A DNA stretch of 64,000 nt, from positions 16,058,001 to 16,122,000 of the forward strand of contig OX597832.1 of NCBI GenBank assembly GCA_951406725.2, written 5' to 3'. This document shows, piece by piece, positions 58,641 to 64,000 of the stretch; position 1 is the first letter of the stretch; every line of letters starts with the position of its first letter. The position numbers were made by a program, and so were the translations under genes. The notes beneath the pieces are model-generated. The model had not been told where the DNA came from and did no database searches. It worked only from the letters and a program-made list of their open reading frames with translations. Source of the DNA: Octopus vulgaris. Its lineage: Eukaryota.

Positions 58641-59416
58641 CTACCTAGTCTGAGGTATGGTAATTCATTTAACGTGTACTCAAATATGAAAAATAAGTCG
58701 CTTATTCACTGATACCATTCACGCTCTAATAAATCGTCATATGACCAAGCTCTATATATCAGTGATATTGAAGTTACTGTAACAGTTATATATCCGTTAA
58801 TAATTAATGTTGTAATTCTTATATAAAACATCATTAATATGTTTCCTCTGATTCTCATTTGATTGTCACATATCTTTCATCTCAAACCTCTGTATTTCTG
58901 ATTATATCTTCCAGGCTGCGTTTCAATAATTAATATTATAGTGAAACAGATAAACCGGACCTCGTTATGTCATAATAAAATATTCATAAATCATATTATT
59001 GCTTCTCACAGTGTGATACTTTTCCATTCTCTGTTTTATCATAATGAGATTATCACATAAACAAAATCGCTCAACAATTTGCAAAAATCACGTAGCAGAG
59101 TTTATTGCATTGATTTGTTGAATTTTTAACTGTTTTGTTTTTCCTCAATTCTGTCGGCGTCACTTCTGGATCATTAAGATAATCATTTTAACATTAAATG
59201 TCGTTTAATTTATCACGTTTGAAGTATCCATGACCCGAGTATAGCACTTAATCTCATAAAAATTTTAATTGTAGTTTCTGTTTAGGATTTAAAATCATTC
59301 ATTCCGTAAATAATGTAACCTCATGTAAACATATGATGGACATTTAATCCAAGATACATTGTAGAATTATATACATATATATATATACACACGCCCCCGC
59401 ATATATATATATATAA

Positions 59417-59880
59417 TAAAGTGTAAAATTAATTAACCAATTAATAATTAATAATTTTACCAAGTCGTTCGGTATGTTTAAAGAACCATTATCGGTAAAC
59501 TTATACAGACGTTTTTTTATAATTATGAAGAGTGAGAGGTGATGATTGTCAAGTACTGGAGGTGTTTTGTGTTCCTACCAGTCTTGCTCATGTGACCGAT
59601 CCAGGTTGTTGCAAATTACCCGGTGAATATACTGCTGCTCTATCATGCGTGTTGATATATACTGTAGACGCAAGAAAGCTGCACATAGAGACAACATGGT
59701 CAATATTCACATATATGAAATGTTTGGACACTGCCCTTCTGGGAGATATCTTATGGTAGTACAATACTATTTTAACTGCTATTTCTAAATTTCGGTATGT
59801 GGTGAAGCACATTTTGCTGAATCCTACTTATAATTATGCTCATAATTATAAAATTGTCCAATTATTCTGTTGACTTTATT
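59417..59880. mobile_element. Degenerate pLTR-like element with an inverted partial terminus (family of 25575)
   Basis: 59430-59520 resembles 25585-25650 directly, while 59743-59850 resembles the reverse of 25660-25775. Confidence 0.45.
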
Positions 59881-60634
59881 ACTAATAGCGAAGGTCATTC
59901 CAGAATGTAACAATTTATATTTATACAAATCTATCAGGTATTTGTGTGTATGTATATTTTATATTACCATATAGATTTGGCACTGTAAAGGCATGGCCCC
60001 TTACGATATGGTGTAACACCCGTGTACTATAGGGCTGAACATGCTGTGGTTACAGTGGCGCAGATATCCCCACTGACTTTAACAGCTATCGGTGCCGTTT
60101 GTCAGGCAGGGTTTTCACAACTGGTATCTTTGACTAAGCTGCAATCCTAGACCAGGCATAAACCGAATTAGGGAATCTGGCACCGAGGGCGTTTTTGAGT
60201 GCTCACAAACGGCTGTCAGTCGAGCAATGCAGTCAGAGGAATCCAACTCTGGTGTTCTATAAAAGCTTACTGTTCATACTACCAAACAAATCTTCAGACA
60301 CTTGTGTATAAACAAGCTGACATAATATTTATATGTAACTCAGGATGCGTATGCCTGTTGTAATGCATTGTCCAATATCGACGCGATGATAAAAGCACAG
60401 AAAAGCAGAGAAAAGTTTCATTTTGAATTTTAAAAATGAGTGTATCGTGTAATTATGGGCCAAACAGTTAGTGAAGCTTTGCAATGGTTTTGAATATTTT
60501 TGGAAACTAAAGTAAAGAGAACAGAAACGATACCAATATCATATACAGGAAAATGATGATAATAATAACACTATCAGAATGATGATAACAATAAGAACAA
60601 CAGCAAATATGATGATGATGTGGAAGTGGATATT

Positions 60635-60950
<316 letters not shown>

Positions 60951-61509
60951 ATCCGTTTCACTGCTGAACGGCTTTAAACGTTTGTGTATAAGTTATGTGG
61001 GATATGGGTGGTCAAGCATAAATATTTTGCTGCCGAAATAATCGAAAAATCCATTTCTTCTTTAGATGTTTGTTAATCTTCCATAAACGGACTTTGATTG
61101 CAGCTTCTGAACATTTAATATCCTTTCAACAAAAGTTGAGAATGATTACCGAACCAGGTACTGTTAAATACTTATAAAAAGATAAGCATGGTGCAGCAAG
61201 AACGGATGCGTATTAAATTTTATGGTCTAAGTAAACTGAGGCCTAATATTGAGGCTGGTTTTGAGTTTAAGCCAATTTATAAACAGTTAGGTCGTTACGA
61301 AATTTACGCAAGAATTAATGCACATCAACATTTTATGAAGTCAAATGTAAAACAGTAAGTCTATGAACGATTACACAATTTCATTCTTAAATTACACTAT
61401 TTTCCTTCGGGCAATCAGCTTTTATTCTTAATTGATTTCCTCAACGAATAAGTGGTCTGTGATTGTTGAAAATGAGAGTGTGTGTCAGTGTATTTATGTA
61501 TCAAAAGGA

Positions 61510-61765
61510 AAAAGGGATCAAGTGTCCTTCCAGGCGCGCCATAGGCAATTATCAATGGTTTCCAGGACTCTGTGATGTGTATATTCCCCACCCTTGACGG
61601 GACGCTGATCTAATAGACGATTAATTATATTTGCCAGCTGAGTGGGCAGGAGCGGTGCGGCGTGAACGCGTTGCTCGACAGCCCTGATCACTGCACGTTT
61701 TGGGAAACGGAACTAAAATTTCAAGACGATAACTGCAACGCTCTGAACACTAGGCCGCACCCCAT
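61510..61765 (-). mobile_element. Old tRNA-derived SINE with a V-domain-like block
   Basis: cccttgacgggacgctgatc and ttgccagctgagtgggcaggagc blocks; decayed head ggggtgcggcctagtgttcagagcg. Confidence 0.5.
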
Positions 61766-62614
61766 CATCTTTTTTCGTACACAGATACAAAGCAGACAGT
61801 TACTCAGATACATACACATACACAAACAAACACACAAAAGTACAGACACACTTTGGCATATACCGATTTACATATGCATATATATATGCACAAAAATGCA
61901 CACATGAATATTTCTGTATGTATGTAGTTATGAGGGTAGTGGGGATTCAATAATATGTGTATAGCTTTTAATATTAAAATTTCTGTATTTTTTTATATGA
62001 GCGATATTCCAGAAAAATTAGAGTAACTTCTTGGTGAGCCGTCCGTCCTTAACTATGCTAAGATGACATTTGGGATCTTACATAGTATAAAATTGTACTA
62101 CGTGTGTAATAGATTAATTCTATATTAAATTAAAGATAAATTACTTCCTAAGCATGACAAAAAATATATTTCACAAGCTCTAATGCAAGTGTTGTATGTT
62201 TGTCATCACCTTTGTGTCCCACTTAAACGGTCGTCTTTTTTGCTGTTGTACAACTTACGATTAATGTGCATCGACATGCATTATTTTGAACTAAAAGAAT
62301 GATACAGTTCTATAAATATAAATAATGTAAATAATGTTAATAAAGAAGATGAACAAAAATGATTGCATTTGTATTCATGTTTCTAAACATTTGAAACTAA
62401 AATGATGACCGACAATTTTACTCAGAAATAGAGAAACAATTTTCTATGAAATGAATTGGAAATATGTTAGTTGACTGCGATAAGTGCCAATCCTGGAAAA
62501 GGACACTATATCCAACGCAACTGAATTTCTCGTTCTGTATGTATTTGATCCGAGCGACCCTTTTTAATATACATAATATGATCAATATGTATTGCGTGTG
62601 ATGCCGTATATGTA

Positions 62615-62940
62615 GGAGCACTCCGTCGGTTGCGACGACCAGGGTCCCAGCTGATGCGATCAACGGAACAGCTTGCTAGTGAAATTAACGTGTAAGTGGT
62701 TGAGCACTCCACAAACACGTGTACCCTTAACGTAGTACTCGGGGAGATTCAGCGTGACATATTGTGCGACAAGGCTGGTCCTTTGAAATACAGGTACTAC
62801 TCATTTATGCCAGCTCAGTGGACTGGAGCAACGTGAAATAAAGTGTCTTGCTCAAGGAAACAACGCACCGCCGGAAATTGAAATCACGATCTTACGATCA
62901 TGTGACGAACGCCCCTAACCTCTAAGCCACGCGCTTTTAC
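62615..62940 (-). mobile_element. Full-length tRNA-derived SINE
   Basis: Head aagcgcgtggcttagaggttagg...tttcaattcc; body matches 2170-2310; tail matches 10235-10400. Confidence 0.88.
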
Positions 62941-62949
62941 ATGTTACCG

Positions 62950-63200
62950 TAGTAACGAAGCTAAAGCACACAAATAAACCTGTTTGACCCAGATTTACCT
63001 TGAACTCTGCTCTGCATGCACACTAAGTTCCAACGTTCTAACTCACATCCACCTTTTACAACAGTACTTGGAAGGGAGGTGTATAGCGCGTGACCGTCAC
63101 ATTAAATATAACACAGTTGGACACAGAATATGCATCAATGTTTGCCAAAACCTTGGCGATACCTGCTCAGAGGCCTATGCAAAGTTCTCAAAAAGTCTTC
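62950..63200 (+). pseudogene. Mariner transposase N-terminal remnant
   Basis: VGHRICINVCQNLGDTCSEAYAKF resembles the mariner HTH start EQRxCIKFCxKLGxTxxExxxxL. Confidence 0.6.
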
Positions 63201-64000
63201 ATCGACAGAATCAACATCTTGTGAAAACTGAAACGTAAGTGTCTTTTTAGTTTGGTGAAAGGAGTATCGAGAAAAATTTCGCAGACACGTGTTTCATACT
63301 CAAATCTTCTGTGATAATCGACTTAAGTTAACTGAACTGTTACTAATATGCACATCCTCTGATAGCTTACATATGGTGATTCAACGATTTAGTCTGCGAT
63401 GTTTATCTTAGTTCTTCTTGCTTCGTCAATATCGTGTTTTAGTACGGTGCTATAGCAACAGTCCAGATACTTATTGATCAGGTCTCGGATTTTACAAATG
63501 ATATTTTCGTGGCCACTAATTAATTAGCTTCATTCCATGAAGACAACTCTATCCCAGTTCAAATTGAAAACGGTTATGTTCAGTCGCTGTTTCGATAGAG
63601 ATATAAGAAATATAAATTCATCGTATGTATATGCGCTAAAATGTGTGATTCTAGAATTATTTTTCTTGGAATTGAAGACGAAGGAACTACGATAACATGG
63701 GCCTGATTTTGCCGGAACTGATTTTTAAACATCATCTCTACGTGTATATTCTGCATGAGTAAACCATCAGGGGCAATTCAAGTTGTTATAGCGTTGGTTT
63801 ATCCATTAAGTATTGCCATTATATCTCACATCGAATTTGAAGATTCTAAAGAAAATTCATCGATTAGGGCTATTTTTTTTTTTACTTTATATATTACAGG
63901 AAGAGCTAATTGTCTGGGCATTTACGTCATTTACGTATGTGTGTGATCATTTAATTCCCGGGTATTACCTTTATGATTATAGGTATGATATCAATTGTAC

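Overview
AT-rich, microsatellite-saturated animal DNA that is mostly intergenic or intronic. The SINE/LINE repertoire looks like an octopus (coleoid cephalopod) genome; this is inference from recalled repeat families, not a database result. Nearly all long ORFs in the supplied track are artefacts of (TA)n, (CAT)n, (AAT)n and (CA)n repeats. Protein-coding signal is confined to decayed transposons plus one candidate three-exon host-gene segment at 593-1142 (+). The transposons are a 5'-truncated Naiad-type Penelope-like element (RT + GIY-YIG, 13726-16142, minus, with an inverted partial pLTR), other Penelope endonuclease remnants, a Helitron PIF1 helicase fragment, CR1- and RTE-type LINE remnants, and Tc1/mariner fragments. 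The most striking unexplained structure is a set of several unrelated short inserts that sit in (TA)n tracts, are often folded back as long inverted repeats (including a 400-bp perfect palindrome at 17997-18396) and carry minimal type-I hammerhead-ribozyme motifs, some with non-canonical cores (CUGUUGA, CCGAAGA). Also notable are a SINE subfamily that appears to insert site-specifically into the head of its own relatives, a LINE/SINE shared 3' tail, and a SINE insertion whose empty site survives nearby.
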